From NCBI GenBank assembly GCA_963535095.1, contig CAUSUW010000002.1, positions 4,863-68,862 on the forward strand: 64,000 bases of DNA, in the 5' to 3' direction. Below are positions 9,583 to 19,912 of this stretch, piece after piece. This DNA comes from an uncultured Gemella sp. (GTDB lineage Bacteria > Bacillota > Bacilli > Staphylococcales > Gemellaceae). Position 1 is the stretch's first letter. Every line of letters starts with the position of its first letter. The notes under the pieces were generated by a model that saw nothing but the letters and a program-made list of their open reading frames with translations, was not told the DNA's origin and searched no databases. Both the position numbers and the translations under genes were made by a program.

Positions 9583-10737
9583 ATGAAAATAGCGATTTTA
9601 GGATATGGAACTGTAGGTAGTGGAGTTTATGAGATAATAACAAATGGAAATACAGAGGAATTAAAGAAATTAGAAGTGAAGAGTGTTTTTGCAAGAAGCC
9701 GTGATAAGATGCATCTAGCTACTGATGATATTAATGAAATTATTAATGATGAAGAAATTTCAGTAGTTGTTGAGTGTCTTGGAGGACTTAACCCTGCGTA
9801 TGACTTCATTAAAAGATCATTAGAGAATGGGAAACATGTAGTTACAGCAAATAAAGCTGTTGCTGCAAAATATTTAGACGAATTTGTTGAATTAGCTGAG
9901 AAAAATAATGTGAAGTTTATTTTTGAAGCTAGTGTAGGTGGAGGGATTCCTTGGCTTGTAAACTTAGAAAGAACTAGACGTGTTGATGATGTAAAACGTG
10001 TATATGGTATCTTTAATGGAACAAGTAATTTTATTCTTGATAATATGTATAGAAATGATCAAGAATTTGATTCTACATTAAAAACAGCACAAGATTTAGG
10101 ATATGCAGAAGCTGACCCAAGTGCTGATGTAGATGGTGGAGATGTTGTGAATAAGATTATCTTAAGTAATGCACTTGCTTTTGATATTCATGTTCAACCT
10201 GATTTCCCTACATATTCTATGAGAAATATTACTAAAAATGATATTGACTACTTAAAGCAATATGATTTAGCTGTTAAATATATTGGAGAAACAAATGTAG
10301 AAGGTGGTAAGTATGAAACTTCTGTAATGCTTTCTATTTTTGGGAAAGAATCTCAAGAAGCTGCTGTTCCTCTAAATAACAATATTATTTCTTTAGATGG
10401 ATCATTTATCGGAGAACTTAAGTTCTATGGACAAGGTGCAGGGAAATTCCCAACAGGAAATGCGATTGTTCAAGATATAGTAGACATTAATGAAGGTTCA
10501 ACAAGAGTTGATGTTGTAATTAAGAACGACTTATCTTATTCAGAAGAACTGACTAGAAGAAATTATTTAGTTCGTACGTCTGTAGAATTATCAGGGGAAC
10601 TGGTAGAGAGTGTTGAGCAGTATAAAGGGAATTTCTATGTGAAAACAAAAGAGATTTCATTAAAACAACTTACTGATTTAGTTGATGAAGTGAAAGAAAA
10701 AGATAGTAGTTTTGTTGTCGCTAAATTCCATAAATAA
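9583..10737 (+). CDS. hom: Homoserine dehydrogenase
   Basis: LGYGTVGSG, VVTANK, FEASVGGGIP, NGTSNFIL, GYAEADP. Confidence 0.95.
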   Translation: MKIAILGYGTVGSGVYEIITNGNTEELKKLEVKSVFARSRDKMHLATDDINEIINDEEISVVVECLGGLNPAYDFIKRSLENGKHVVTANKAVAAKYLDEFVELAEKNNVKFIFEASVGGGIPWLVNLERTRRVDDVKRVYGIFNGTSNFILDNMYRNDQEFDSTLKTAQDLGYAEADPSADVDGGDVVNKIILSNALAFDIHVQPDFPTYSMRNITKNDIDYLKQYDLAVKYIGETNVEGGKYETSVMLSIFGKESQEAAVPLNNNIISLDGSFIGELKFYGQGAGKFPTGNAIVQDIVDINEGSTRVDVVIKNDLSYSEELTRRNYLVRTSVELSGELVESVEQYKGNFYVKTKEISLKQLTDLVDEVKEKDSSFVVAKFHK

Positions 10738-10765
10738 TAAAATGATTATTGTAAATAAAATTTAG

Positions 10766-10780
10766 ATTTTTCAGAAAATT
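10766..10780. promoter_or_regulatory. Putative CodY box upstream of aspartokinase promoter
   Basis: ATTTTTCAGAAAATT, 1 mismatch to consensus, just upstream of TTGATT...TATAAT. Confidence 0.55.
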
Positions 10781-10860
10781 CATTGATTTTTTTAAAAATA
10801 GTTATATAATATATATTAGAATAGAAAATACAAACAATACAAATAGAAAAAGGAGTTAAA

Positions 10861-12168
10861 ATGGTTAGAGTATCAAAATTTGGTGGGAGTTCGGTAGCGA
10901 GTGCTGAGCAATTTAAAAAAGTAAAAAATATTGTGGAACTTGATGATGCACGTCGTTTTGTTGTAGTAAGTGCTGTAGGGAAAGCAAATAAAGAAGATAA
11001 TAAGGTAACAGACTTATTATACCTATGTTATGCGCATACTAAGTACAATATTAATTTTGATAATATCTTTAAAATGATTGAAGATAAATTCGTAGCAATC
11101 AAAAACGAATTAAACTTAAAATTCGATATTGAAGGAGAACTGGCTAAGTTAAAAGCGGAAATTAGTAAAGGAATCGATGAAGAGTACCTAGTAAGTCGTG
11201 GTGAGTATTTAACAGCTTTATTAATGGCTGAATATTTAGGATATCATTTTGTTGATGCTAAAGACTTAATTTTTTACAATTATCAAGGTGAGATTGATTT
11301 TGAGAAAACTCAAGAAGCTTTTGATGCTGTTGTAAAAGAATATGATCGCCTTCTTATTCCAGGATTTTATGGAAGTAGACCGAATGGAGAAATTAAGATT
11401 ATGACTCGTGGAGGAGGAGATGTTAGTGGAGCGATTGTCGCTAATATTGCGAATGCCAGTGTTTATGAGAACTGGACTGATGTATCTGGAATTTTAATGG
11501 CAGATCCTCGTATTATAGAAAATCCACACGAGATTAAAGTTATTAGTTATACAGAACTTCGTGAACTTTCATATATGGGAGCAAGTGTACTTCATGAAGA
11601 AGCTATCTTCCCAGTACGTGATAAAGATATTCCAATCCAAATTCGTAACACAAATGATCCTACTGCTGAAGGAACTATTATCTCAGATAATAAACACCTT
11701 GACGAAAAACAAATTGTTACAGGGATTGCAGGGAAAAAAGATTTCTCAATTATTACGATTAAAAAACGTCACATGGCAAATGAAGTTGGTTTAATTGGGA
11801 AAGCACTTAAGATTTTTGAAGACTTTAATGTTAGTATTGAACACATTCCTAGTGGAATTGATTCATTCTCTGTAGTTGTAGAAACAGGTAATGTTAGACC
11901 GTTTATTCATGAATTAGTTGCAAAAATTAAAGCAATTCTTGAAGCAGATGAAGTGAATGTTACTCATGAGATTTCACTTATTGCTACAGTTGGAGAAAGA
12001 ATGAAAAATACAAAAGGATTATCGGGTAGATTATTTAAAGCTTTAGGGGAAGCTGGAGTAAATATTGCATTAATTTCACAAACTAATGATGAAATTAACA
12101 TTATCGTAGGTGTTCATAACGATGATTACGAAAAAACTATAAATACTATTTACTCAGAATTTAAGTAA
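10861..12168 (+). CDS. Aspartate kinase with ACT domains
   Basis: KFGGSS, SRGE, RGGGD, WTDVSG..ADPR, ELSYMGASVLH. Confidence 0.93.
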   Translation: MVRVSKFGGSSVASAEQFKKVKNIVELDDARRFVVVSAVGKANKEDNKVTDLLYLCYAHTKYNINFDNIFKMIEDKFVAIKNELNLKFDIEGELAKLKAEISKGIDEEYLVSRGEYLTALLMAEYLGYHFVDAKDLIFYNYQGEIDFEKTQEAFDAVVKEYDRLLIPGFYGSRPNGEIKIMTRGGGDVSGAIVANIANASVYENWTDVSGILMADPRIIENPHEIKVISYTELRELSYMGASVLHEEAIFPVRDKDIPIQIRNTNDPTAEGTIISDNKHLDEKQIVTGIAGKKDFSIITIKKRHMANEVGLIGKALKIFEDFNVSIEHIPSGIDSFSVVVETGNVRPFIHELVAKIKAILEADEVNVTHEISLIATVGERMKNTKGLSGRLFKALGEAGVNIALISQTNDEINIIVGVHNDDYEKTINTIYSEFK

Positions 12169-12238
12169 GAAAGTGGCTTCTTGTCTAGTTTTAGTCAAGA
12201 AGCTATTTATTTTATATTATACTATTTGAGGTGATTTT

Positions 12239-12877
12239 ATGAAAATTTTACAGATTATGTGTCATCCAGATTATAACGGAGAACATAGAGTTTCTAATAT
12301 TTTGGCGAAAATCGGTGAAGATAAATTAATCGATAAAGGTTTTAGTAGTATAGAAAAGATAAATTTATATGATCCGAGTGTGCATATTCCAGTCATGGAT
12401 AAGTTTATGTTCAATTATGAAGGAAAAAAATTAACTGAAAAAGAACAACTTGATAAAATTAGGCAAAAAGAGATTTTAAAACAATGGAAAAGTGCTGATG
12501 CAGTGTTTATTTATATGCCGCTTCATAATTTTAACGTAGTATCAAAATTTAAGGATTACATAGACAATATTGTAATAGTAAATGAGACATTTAAATGTGA
12601 GGAAGAATCTCTAATAGGTTTAGATAATTCTAATAAACAAATAACCTTTATCATAACAAGTGGGGGAGAATTTGATAAGCATATTCAATATACTAATCTA
12701 GACTTTGCAGTTCAATATATTAGGGGAATATTTAGCATAATAGGAATAGATAAAGTAAAAGTTCTAAGAGTAGAAGGGTTAGATTTAGAATTTAATAGTA
12801 AAGAACAGTTAGTAAAAAAGGCTATTTTCGATTTAAAAGAGTGGATAGAAGAATTTTCAAGAAAGAATAGAAAATAA
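12239..12877 (+). CDS. FMN-dependent NADH-azoreductase (AcpD/AzoR flavodoxin-fold) family
   Basis: P.HNF...K.YID.I..V.ETF and ITSGG motifs. Confidence 0.75.
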   Translation: MKILQIMCHPDYNGEHRVSNILAKIGEDKLIDKGFSSIEKINLYDPSVHIPVMDKFMFNYEGKKLTEKEQLDKIRQKEILKQWKSADAVFIYMPLHNFNVVSKFKDYIDNIVIVNETFKCEEESLIGLDNSNKQITFIITSGGEFDKHIQYTNLDFAVQYIRGIFSIIGIDKVKVLRVEGLDLEFNSKEQLVKKAIFDLKEWIEEFSRKNRK

Positions 12878-12929
12878 ACTAAGAAGGAATAAGAGACCAT
12901 TTAATTTGTTTTCTGCTTCCTTCTTATCT

Positions 12930-13565
12930 TTATTTAATATCGAATTCTAGTTGTTTTTCTTTAGATGATAGAATTTTGAATTGCCCATTAGTTAAGTTAG
13001 CAATCCAATTTTCAAAGTTATCATAATCTTCCTGCATAACATAGATTGTATAAACGATTTTATCGGTATATTCTAGGTTGTTTACGATGAAATTAGTTTT
13101 TCCAATTTCATATTCTATTTTTCCATTAAGACTATAATCAAGTTCTAATCTCACTTCAAATGCATCTTTTCTTTCTACTAATGTTGCATTTTTTAGAGCA
13201 TTAATTACACCACCACCGTAGGCTCTAACTAAACCACCAGTTCCTAGTTTAGTCCCACCAAAATATCTTATGACTGTGGCACAGACATTTTTTATTTCGT
13301 TTTTTACTAGTACGTCTAACATCGGAGCTCCAGCAGTTCCACTTGGTTCACCATCATCGTTAGCACGAGTTATTTCATTATTATCGCCATATACGTAACA
13401 AGAGCAAACATGAGTAGCATCGTAGTGTTTTTTCTTCATTTTTTGAATAAATTCCCTAGCTTCTTCTTCGCTATTGATTCTAATTAGATGAGTAATAAAT
13501 GTAGATTTTTTTTCAACGAATTCATCGTATGAATCTTCTTTGATTGTAATAAATTTCTTCGCCAT
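12930..13565 (-). CDS. YigZ/IMPACT family protein
   Basis: KKS.F, H.DATH, DDGEPSGTAG.PML, RYFGGTKLGTGGLVRAY. Confidence 0.92.
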   Translation of the reverse strand: MAKKFITIKEDSYDEFVEKKSTFITHLIRINSEEEAREFIQKMKKKHYDATHVCSCYVYGDNNEITRANDDGEPSGTAGAPMLDVLVKNEIKNVCATVIRYFGGTKLGTGGLVRAYGGGVINALKNATLVERKDAFEVRLELDYSLNGKIEYEIGKTNFIVNNLEYTDKIVYTIYVMQEDYDNFENWIANLTNGQFKILSSKEKQLEFDIK

Positions 13566-13726
13566 AGTACCTCCTTTATGATTTTTTCATCTTATATCTT
13601 ATATATTATATTTATTATCATATAAGTAATAAAAAAAGTCAATTAATAGAAAAAAGAACTTGGAATGTATAATGCCACTTTAAGTATTTAGCAATTTTGA
13701 GATTTATTCCAAGTTCAATTTTATAG

Positions 13727-15019
13727 TTAATTTGTGTTATTGTTGTTGTTTTCGCTAGATGATGAGTTGTTGTTAGTTGTCTCATCTGGACGATTTTCGT
13801 TACTTACCGTTATATCATTTTTCAAATCATCTTTAGTAAGTCTTTCCGGAAGATTTGCTAGTAAGTCTTCAGGCGACATTATTGTAAGATTAGTAGCTTG
13901 ATATGTATCTGGTAAGCGAAGACCGTTTATTTTATATTCTTTAAGACCAATTGCAATATGACCTTGATAATATATATTTAATAGGTCAGTTGCTTTTGGA
14001 AGTGGTAAATCAAGATTGTTTCTTAAGGCAGATGAAGCGTATAGAAGTGACAATGGACGTGGATAGTAATAATATACTCCGTTATAAGTCACATCATAAC
14101 CATCAATTCTGTGCGATACAATTTCGATATCATCATTGATAAACATCTTAATAGCTGAAGAAATTTGAGTTGTAGACAAGTTGTGTTCAACATTATCTCC
14201 AGCGATGTTAATAACATCATTAATTTTAGTTAAGGCATTTAGACTTTTTGCTTTATCAATTAGAGCATGGATAGCCTGAAGTTGACGTTGACCACGTTCG
14301 ATATCACTATCGTAGTATCTACTACGTGAAAAGGCAAGTGCTTGTTCACCGTTCAGTGTGTGCCAACCTTTTTTTAATTTAATAGTATTTTCTTCACCAT
14401 TAGCATTTTGTTCATCCATGTCAAATGGAACGTATAAGTCTATTCCGCCGAAAGCATCGACAGTTTGTTCAAATGCTTTAAAGTTTATTAATACATAGAA
14501 GTTAATTGGTGTATGTAATAAGTTTTCTACTGCATTAGTAGTTCCTTTAACATCATTATAAGCATGAGCATGAGTGATTTTATCATAGAAATAAGCACTA
14601 TCATTATGTTCATCGTCTTTTTCTCTCATAAGACTAAGTGAATCACGTGGGATACTTACCATATCCATACGTTTTTTATCCTTGTTTACAGTAGCTAAGA
14701 TCATTGAATCTGTTCTGCTGTCCTCACGAGTTTGTCCTTGAGCTTTACGATCATCATTCATATCGATACCTAGGATTAATACTGAGAATTTTTTGAAGTT
14801 AGGATCAACTTCTTTCAAATAATCTACATTCTTATATCCTTTTTGAGCGGAACTAGAAAAGTTGAAGAATGTATAAGCGGAAAATCCACCTATACCAACT
14901 ATAACTAGCGCTAAAATTGCCATTAATATTTTTTTAAATCCTCTTTTTTTAGGAGGTTTTCCTCCATTTATAAAAGAGGGTGAACTAATTCTTTTTCGTC
15001 TAGACATTTTTTCTTCCAT
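13727..15019 (-). CDS. LCP (LytR-CpsA-Psr) family glycopolymer transferase
   Basis: N-terminal TM, RTDSMIL, SIPRD, ALAFSRSR, DIERGQRQ. Confidence 0.9.
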   Translation of the reverse strand: MEEKMSRRKRISSPSFINGGKPPKKRGFKKILMAILALVIVGIGGFSAYTFFNFSSSAQKGYKNVDYLKEVDPNFKKFSVLILGIDMNDDRKAQGQTREDSRTDSMILATVNKDKKRMDMVSIPRDSLSLMREKDDEHNDSAYFYDKITHAHAYNDVKGTTNAVENLLHTPINFYVLINFKAFEQTVDAFGGIDLYVPFDMDEQNANGEENTIKLKKGWHTLNGEQALAFSRSRYYDSDIERGQRQLQAIHALIDKAKSLNALTKINDVINIAGDNVEHNLSTTQISSAIKMFINDDIEIVSHRIDGYDVTYNGVYYYYPRPLSLLYASSALRNNLDLPLPKATDLLNIYYQGHIAIGLKEYKINGLRLPDTYQATNLTIMSPEDLLANLPERLTKDDLKNDITVSNENRPDETTNNNSSSSENNNNNTN

Positions 15020-15202
15020 ACTATAAAAGACCCCTTTTAATTTACATTTAACTTTATTATTATACTACATATTTTTCTTTGATGCTAGAATAATGAGGTA
15101 AAAACTTGTAATTCTTGATTATTATAAATAAATGGAAATCTTTGTAATTTTCATTTATTTGTATTAAAATAAAATAGTAAGTATATAAAATAGGAGTACA
15201 TT

Positions 15203-16063
15203 ATGCCAGAATTACCAGAGGTTGAAAATATAAAATTTGGTCTAGAAGATAGAGTTATAGATAAAGAAATTGTTGATATAACTTACTCTAATATTGTAAA
15301 AAGTAGCCATAAAGAAAATAAAATGGCTATAGTGAAGCAAGAACTTAGCTTTTTTTCAGAAAATGTGAAAGGTAAAAAAATAGAAAAATTATCGCGTCGA
15401 GGTAAGTATCTATATTTCATATTAAATGAAGGATATATAATTACACATTTTGGAATGACAGGAGCATTCTTTTTAGTTAAGGATATAGCTGAGATTACCA
15501 ACAAAAATTATTATAAGCATCAGCACGTAATTTTTGAATTATCAACGGGAGAAAAGATAGTTTATAGTGATATTAGAAGATTTGGAGAACTAAGATATAT
15601 TGATGATGTAACTAAATTCAAACCTTTTGTAAATCTTGCGCCAGAACCATTTGATAAGTCTGCAAAAAAATATTTTTTAAATAAACTGGATGAAAAAAAA
15701 TATAAAGATCACTCTATAAAAGCATTGCTTCTTGAGGGAAATGTCTTTTGTGGTTGCGGGAATATTTATGATTGTGAGGTATTATATCGCCAAAAAATTC
15801 ACCCTTTAACTAAAGCAAGTGAACTCTCTAAAAAGAAGAAGGAGAGTTTATTTAAAGAGTTGGTTGATATTTTGGAGCTTGCAATAAAAGAAGGTGGTTC
15901 TACTATTTCAGATTATGTTCACGCTGATGGCGGAGAAGGAAATATGCAAAATTTCCATCAAATATATGGGAAAAAAGTTTGTCCTCTAGGTCATGATGTA
16001 GAAAATGTTACAATAAAAGGGCGTTCAAGTCACTTTTGTCCTATTTGTCAAAAAAATAAATAA
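15203..16063 (+). CDS. mutM: Formamidopyrimidine-DNA glycosylase
   Basis: MPELPEVE, RRGKY, HFGMTG, GNIY, C-terminal zinc finger CPICQ. Confidence 0.96.
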   Translation: MPELPEVENIKFGLEDRVIDKEIVDITYSNIVKSSHKENKMAIVKQELSFFSENVKGKKIEKLSRRGKYLYFILNEGYIITHFGMTGAFFLVKDIAEITNKNYYKHQHVIFELSTGEKIVYSDIRRFGELRYIDDVTKFKPFVNLAPEPFDKSAKKYFLNKLDEKKYKDHSIKALLLEGNVFCGCGNIYDCEVLYRQKIHPLTKASELSKKKKESLFKELVDILELAIKEGGSTISDYVHADGGEGNMQNFHQIYGKKVCPLGHDVENVTIKGRSSHFCPICQKNK

Positions 16064-16064
16064 A
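16047..16064 (+). repeat. Putative attL core (last codons of mutM)
   Basis: GTCAAAAAAATAAATAAA vs GTCAAAAAATGAAATAAA at 28545 (16/18). Confidence 0.6.
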
Positions 16065-16103
16065 TATTGAAAGAGCCTTGATATATAAGGCTCTATTTAT
16101 TTT

Positions 16104-16124
16104 ACTTTCCGTTGACTTTCCGTT
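16104..16124 (+). repeat. Probable integrase arm-type sites (left)
   Basis: ACTTTCCGTT x2; TTTCCGTTGACTTTCCG recurs exactly at 28422-28438 and partly inverted (TTGGAAAGTCAA) at 28505-28516. Confidence 0.65.
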
Positions 16125-16131
16125 ATTCTTA

Positions 16132-17229
16132 TTACATACTCATAAATTTACTGAATTTTTCTGTAACATCTTTCTTTTTATCTTTTGTAAGGTGAGTATA
16201 TATATCTAGTGTTGTTTGTATAGTTGAGTGACCCAATCTATTTGATATATCTTTAACATCAATGCCACTTTCATATAATAAAGTAGCGTGAGTATGTCGA
16301 AAACCATGTATAGTTATTCTTTTTAGTTTAGGTTCCTTATCGTAAATAACTTTTAAATGATACTTGATAAATTCAGGTCTTTTATTGAAAATAGAGGTAT
16401 CTAAAGGAACAAAAGGACTTTGTTTTCTGTATTGTTTAAGTATACCAACTGTTTCATTATCAAGATAGATAGTTCTAATACTTGACTTTGTTTTAGTTTC
16501 AGATATTTTATAACAACCTTTTACATAAGTCATATTCTTATTTATTGTTAAAGTTTTGTTTTTTAAATCAACATCTTTCCATGTTAAAGCACATAACTCA
16601 CCACGTCTAACACCAGTAAAAGCAAAAACTCTAAAAATGCAGTATAACTCAAAAGAATATTTATTTTTTATTACTTCTAAAAATTCAAGTAATTCACTTT
16701 TATTATAATAGTTGTCTTTCTTTTTTTCCTCTTTAATACGTGGTATATCAGTATATTTCATGTAATTAGTAGCTATTATTTCTAGTTTTACAGCATAATC
16801 TAATATCATACCAACTAATACTCTATAAATTTTTATTGTTGATCTTTTAAAATTTTTTGTTAACTCATTGATGAACCTTTGACAAACTACTAACTTAATA
16901 TCTTTTATTTTCATCTTACCGAAAAATGGTATTATATGATTGTTAAAGTGTATTGTATTTTTATAGTAGGTTGTATCTTTTACTTTACGTTTATATTGCT
17001 CATCAAATAGATCATACACATCTTGAAATGTGTAATCTTTATTAATCTTAAAACCAACCTCTAAAAATTCACTTTTCAATTTAATGCAGTAATTCTCAGC
17101 CTCTCTTTTTGTTCTAAATCCTTTTTTTGATATTCTTTTTTCCTTACCAGTATATATATCTTTACCAATATAATGATTTTTTATCTCATAGTATTTTTTA
17201 TTGTCTTTGTCTATATATTCTTTAATCAT
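16132..17229 (-). CDS. int: Tyrosine recombinase/phage integrase
   Basis: Arm-binding N-terminus (KGFRTKREA), TGVRRGE, HGFRHTHAT, RLGHS...TLDIYTH; start MIKEY with GAAAGGA RBS. Confidence 0.95.
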   Translation of the reverse strand: MIKEYIDKDNKKYYEIKNHYIGKDIYTGKEKRISKKGFRTKREAENYCIKLKSEFLEVGFKINKDYTFQDVYDLFDEQYKRKVKDTTYYKNTIHFNNHIIPFFGKMKIKDIKLVVCQRFINELTKNFKRSTIKIYRVLVGMILDYAVKLEIIATNYMKYTDIPRIKEEKKKDNYYNKSELLEFLEVIKNKYSFELYCIFRVFAFTGVRRGELCALTWKDVDLKNKTLTINKNMTYVKGCYKISETKTKSSIRTIYLDNETVGILKQYRKQSPFVPLDTSIFNKRPEFIKYHLKVIYDKEPKLKRITIHGFRHTHATLLYESGIDVKDISNRLGHSTIQTTLDIYTHLTKDKKKDVTEKFSKFMSM

Positions 17230-17248
17230 TTTTATCAATCCTTTCACT

Positions 17249-17276
17249 AGTACCAGTAGTTTTATAAATTAATAAA
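17249..17276. repeat. 28-bp motif copy 1 (int leader)
   Basis: AGTACCAGTAGTTTTATAAATTAATAAA identical to 21614-21641; inverted 1-mismatch copy at 28380-28406. Confidence 0.85.
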
Positions 17277-17413
17277 TGATTAGGTAGAAATTACCTCATA
17301 TAATGGACGTGGTAAGACTTTTAAAGGTTAGGTGATGCAATTACACCTTTTAATAATTAGAACGCTTAGAAGACGTTTAAATAGGTTGCGATTTTAAGTA
17401 AGGGTATAAAACC

Positions 17414-17534
17414 TTGATATAACAGCATTTATATGGTATAATATAGCTATGTTTATATTTTTCATAGACGAATAATTTTTCATTTTTATGCTATCCATAA
17501 AGCACTAGTAATTTATTTTACTGGTGCTTTTTTT
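17414..17534 (+). ncRNA. Putative small RNA transcription unit (promoter to terminator) between int and cargo gene
   Basis: TTGATA(17414)-17 bp-TATAAT(17437) with extended TG, ~85 nt without RBS-led ORF, then AAAGCACTAGTAA..TTACTGGTGCTTTTTTT terminator. Confidence 0.45.
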
Positions 17535-17562
17535 GTTTTAGTATTCGTAAATTTTTTAGAAA

Positions 17563-19062
17563 CTATCTGAGATCAATAGAATCTTCAACTATTTTTATTA
17601 GCTGTTTCATCCTTATATAATTTTCTTTTGCGTCATATGGTAATACATATTTAGTAGCTCTACTTTTACCTATTTTTATTAAATACTTTTCTTTTACTAA
17701 CTTCTCTAATATAGTCCGTGATTTTTGACTTGATAAGCCAAAATCATTAGTAAGAATAGACTTATTAATAAAACTATTGGTAACAACATATACCATTATA
17801 TCTTGTTCTAATTCAGGAAGAATGTTGAAATTATGTGTTATATCAACTTTCCATATTCTTACAATAGTTTTATCAGTTGTTGTTATAAGTTCAGGATATT
17901 TCAATTTATACTTTTGAGCAGTATTGAATATTTTTAAGCCTCCAGAAGCTGCCTTTTCTGAGATACCAACTTTTCTAAATAGGTTTGCTATAACATGATT
18001 TCTAATTCTTGAAGTTTTTCCACTAATAAACTCTTCTAAAGTTACTCGCATTTGTCCAGGATTTTCAAATTCATAATAATCGGGAAAAACTGTAATCTTT
18101 ATAGGAAAATCTGAGTCATAAAGAGCGTGCATTAATGAATTAATCAAGGCTTCTCTGACAGATTCCTCTAAATCTTTTTTAAATGGTAATCTCTCTTTAG
18201 TTGTCGCATCTAGAAAAAACGTATCTTTTGAAGAATTATATAATTTTTTAGTTACTATTTTATAAAAATCATAAATATTATTTATGTCTAGGTGGGACAT
18301 ATCCCCAGTTGATACCCTGTCATCCCACCTATTATTAGAATTACTCTTTTCAAAATAATCTAGTTGAAAAGAAGGGAATATATCTATTATTGAATTATAT
18401 TTTCCAAATAATAATAATGCACCTTTTGTTGGTTTATATTTATTATCTCCATTACGATCACGTTTAAAAGCACCAATAGACTTTAAAAACTCTTCATGAG
18501 TCATATCATTATAATAAGAAATCTCAGTTTTTGATATTAGTTCTTTCCTGTAATCCTCAATACTTTCAATATTAAAATCTAATATATCAAAATTTTTTAT
18601 TAACTCACCATCTGTTTCTTCTCTTGAACTAGAAAATAAAACCCTAAAATCATCTAGAGTTGCACGTGTATCGATAGAATTTCTACGTAGATAGGTATTT
18701 TCTATATCTCCCTTAAGAAATACAGGTTTTTGATTATAGGAAGCTTCGTGTATAGTAATTTTTATTAAATATTTTTCATTGATATTATAAATTTTCACAT
18801 GATCATTTGTTAACAGATTCCTATTTGTTTTTTGTTTGTCGTTCACCATTGAAAATAGATCATCTATTACTTTATGGGGATTTTTGACACCTGTTATAGT
18901 TTTAGTGCCTTCATCATACCCCAATATTACAACACCTCCTGATGTGTTAGCAAAAGAAGAGTAGGTATCCCAAAATGATTTTGGCAGTTTATCCCCACCA
19001 CACTTTTTAAACTCAATTTCATAATTTTCGCATGAATTAATAATTTCTTTTATATCATCCAT
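17563..19062 (-). CDS. Schlafen/AlbA_2 domain + HATPase_c_4 + C-terminal wHTH protein (PICI cargo)
   Basis: ENYEIEFKK, SSFANTSGGVVILG, REALINSLMHALY, FENPG, RNHVIANLF; start MDDIKE with AAGGAGA RBS. Confidence 0.8.
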   Translation of the reverse strand: MDDIKEIINSCENYEIEFKKCGGDKLPKSFWDTYSSFANTSGGVVILGYDEGTKTITGVKNPHKVIDDLFSMVNDKQKTNRNLLTNDHVKIYNINEKYLIKITIHEASYNQKPVFLKGDIENTYLRRNSIDTRATLDDFRVLFSSSREETDGELIKNFDILDFNIESIEDYRKELISKTEISYYNDMTHEEFLKSIGAFKRDRNGDNKYKPTKGALLLFGKYNSIIDIFPSFQLDYFEKSNSNNRWDDRVSTGDMSHLDINNIYDFYKIVTKKLYNSSKDTFFLDATTKERLPFKKDLEESVREALINSLMHALYDSDFPIKITVFPDYYEFENPGQMRVTLEEFISGKTSRIRNHVIANLFRKVGISEKAASGGLKIFNTAQKYKLKYPELITTTDKTIVRIWKVDITHNFNILPELEQDIMVYVVTNSFINKSILTNDFGLSSQKSRTILEKLVKEKYLIKIGKSRATKYVLPYDAKENYIRMKQLIKIVEDSIDLR

Positions 19063-19412
19063 AACTGTCTCCTTTCGTTTATACAAAAATATAGCATGAT
19101 AAAAACATGAAAAGTAACACAAAAAATACATAAAAAAATACTATAAAATTAGGCATATATAAATATATCAATGTAGAACAACACGAAAAACAACACGAAA
19201 TATTTCCGGAAATATTTCTTCTTTATCCATTCTTTTTACCTCTTTTATATTGGATATTTAACATATAAACCGCTTCTTGAGTGGTAGGTAACTATTAGTT
19301 GATAACCAGTAAGCAAAGTGGAAAAAATAGCGTGATTTTCCATTTTGAACTGTTAACTGTTGGTTGATAGTTGAATTGCTATGTCGTTATTTTACTTGTA
19401 TTTACTGTAATG

Positions 19413-19886
19413 CTATAGGTTATTTAAATCAGATTTTAGAGCCTCTAAATCAATATCTGATAGATTGTATTTTTCTTTGATAATATCTATCTTTAATTGC
19501 CTTTGTCTTAATTCTTCTTTGTTTTCATAATATATAATTTTAGATTTTAAATCTTCAATTGTAGTTAATAAAATTTTTAATGTTTTTTTTGTAACTTTAC
19601 GATTTTTAAAAGTGAAATTTCCATCTAAAGCAATATTTTTCAAATTATTTAATACGTTTATTATATTAGTATCTGTTGTTTCAATTTCTATTAATTCACT
19701 AATAGGAACATCAAAGTAATTTGCTATTTTAACCACAACGTCCATTCTAGGTTGCCTTTTATTAGTTTCATACATCGCTATAGTTGAGTATGATACACCT
19801 AAAATTTCAGCTAATTCCATTTGAGTTATATTTTTTCGTTTTCTAAGTTTAATTAAATTATTTCCAAAATTATCAAAAGTACTCAT
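19413..19886 (-). CDS. XRE-family master repressor (Stl/CI-like)
   Basis: LRKRKNITQMELAEILGVSYSTIAMYETNKRQP HTH; divergent from Cro-like gene; GGAGG RBS. Confidence 0.85.
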   Translation of the reverse strand: MSTFDNFGNNLIKLRKRKNITQMELAEILGVSYSTIAMYETNKRQPRMDVVVKIANYFDVPISELIEIETTDTNIINVLNNLKNIALDGNFTFKNRKVTKKTLKILLTTIEDLKSKIIYYENKEELRQRQLKIDIIKEKYNLSDIDLEALKSDLNNL

Positions 19887-19912
19887 AAAAACACCTCCTA
19901 TATTGTATATAA

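Noticed and set aside
4918..15504. Short overlapping or antisense ORFs inside housekeeping genes (e.g. 4918, 6287, 6595, 7389, 8873, 9627, 11561, 13951, 15283)
   Set aside because: Nested in well-supported genes with no recognisable protein motifs.
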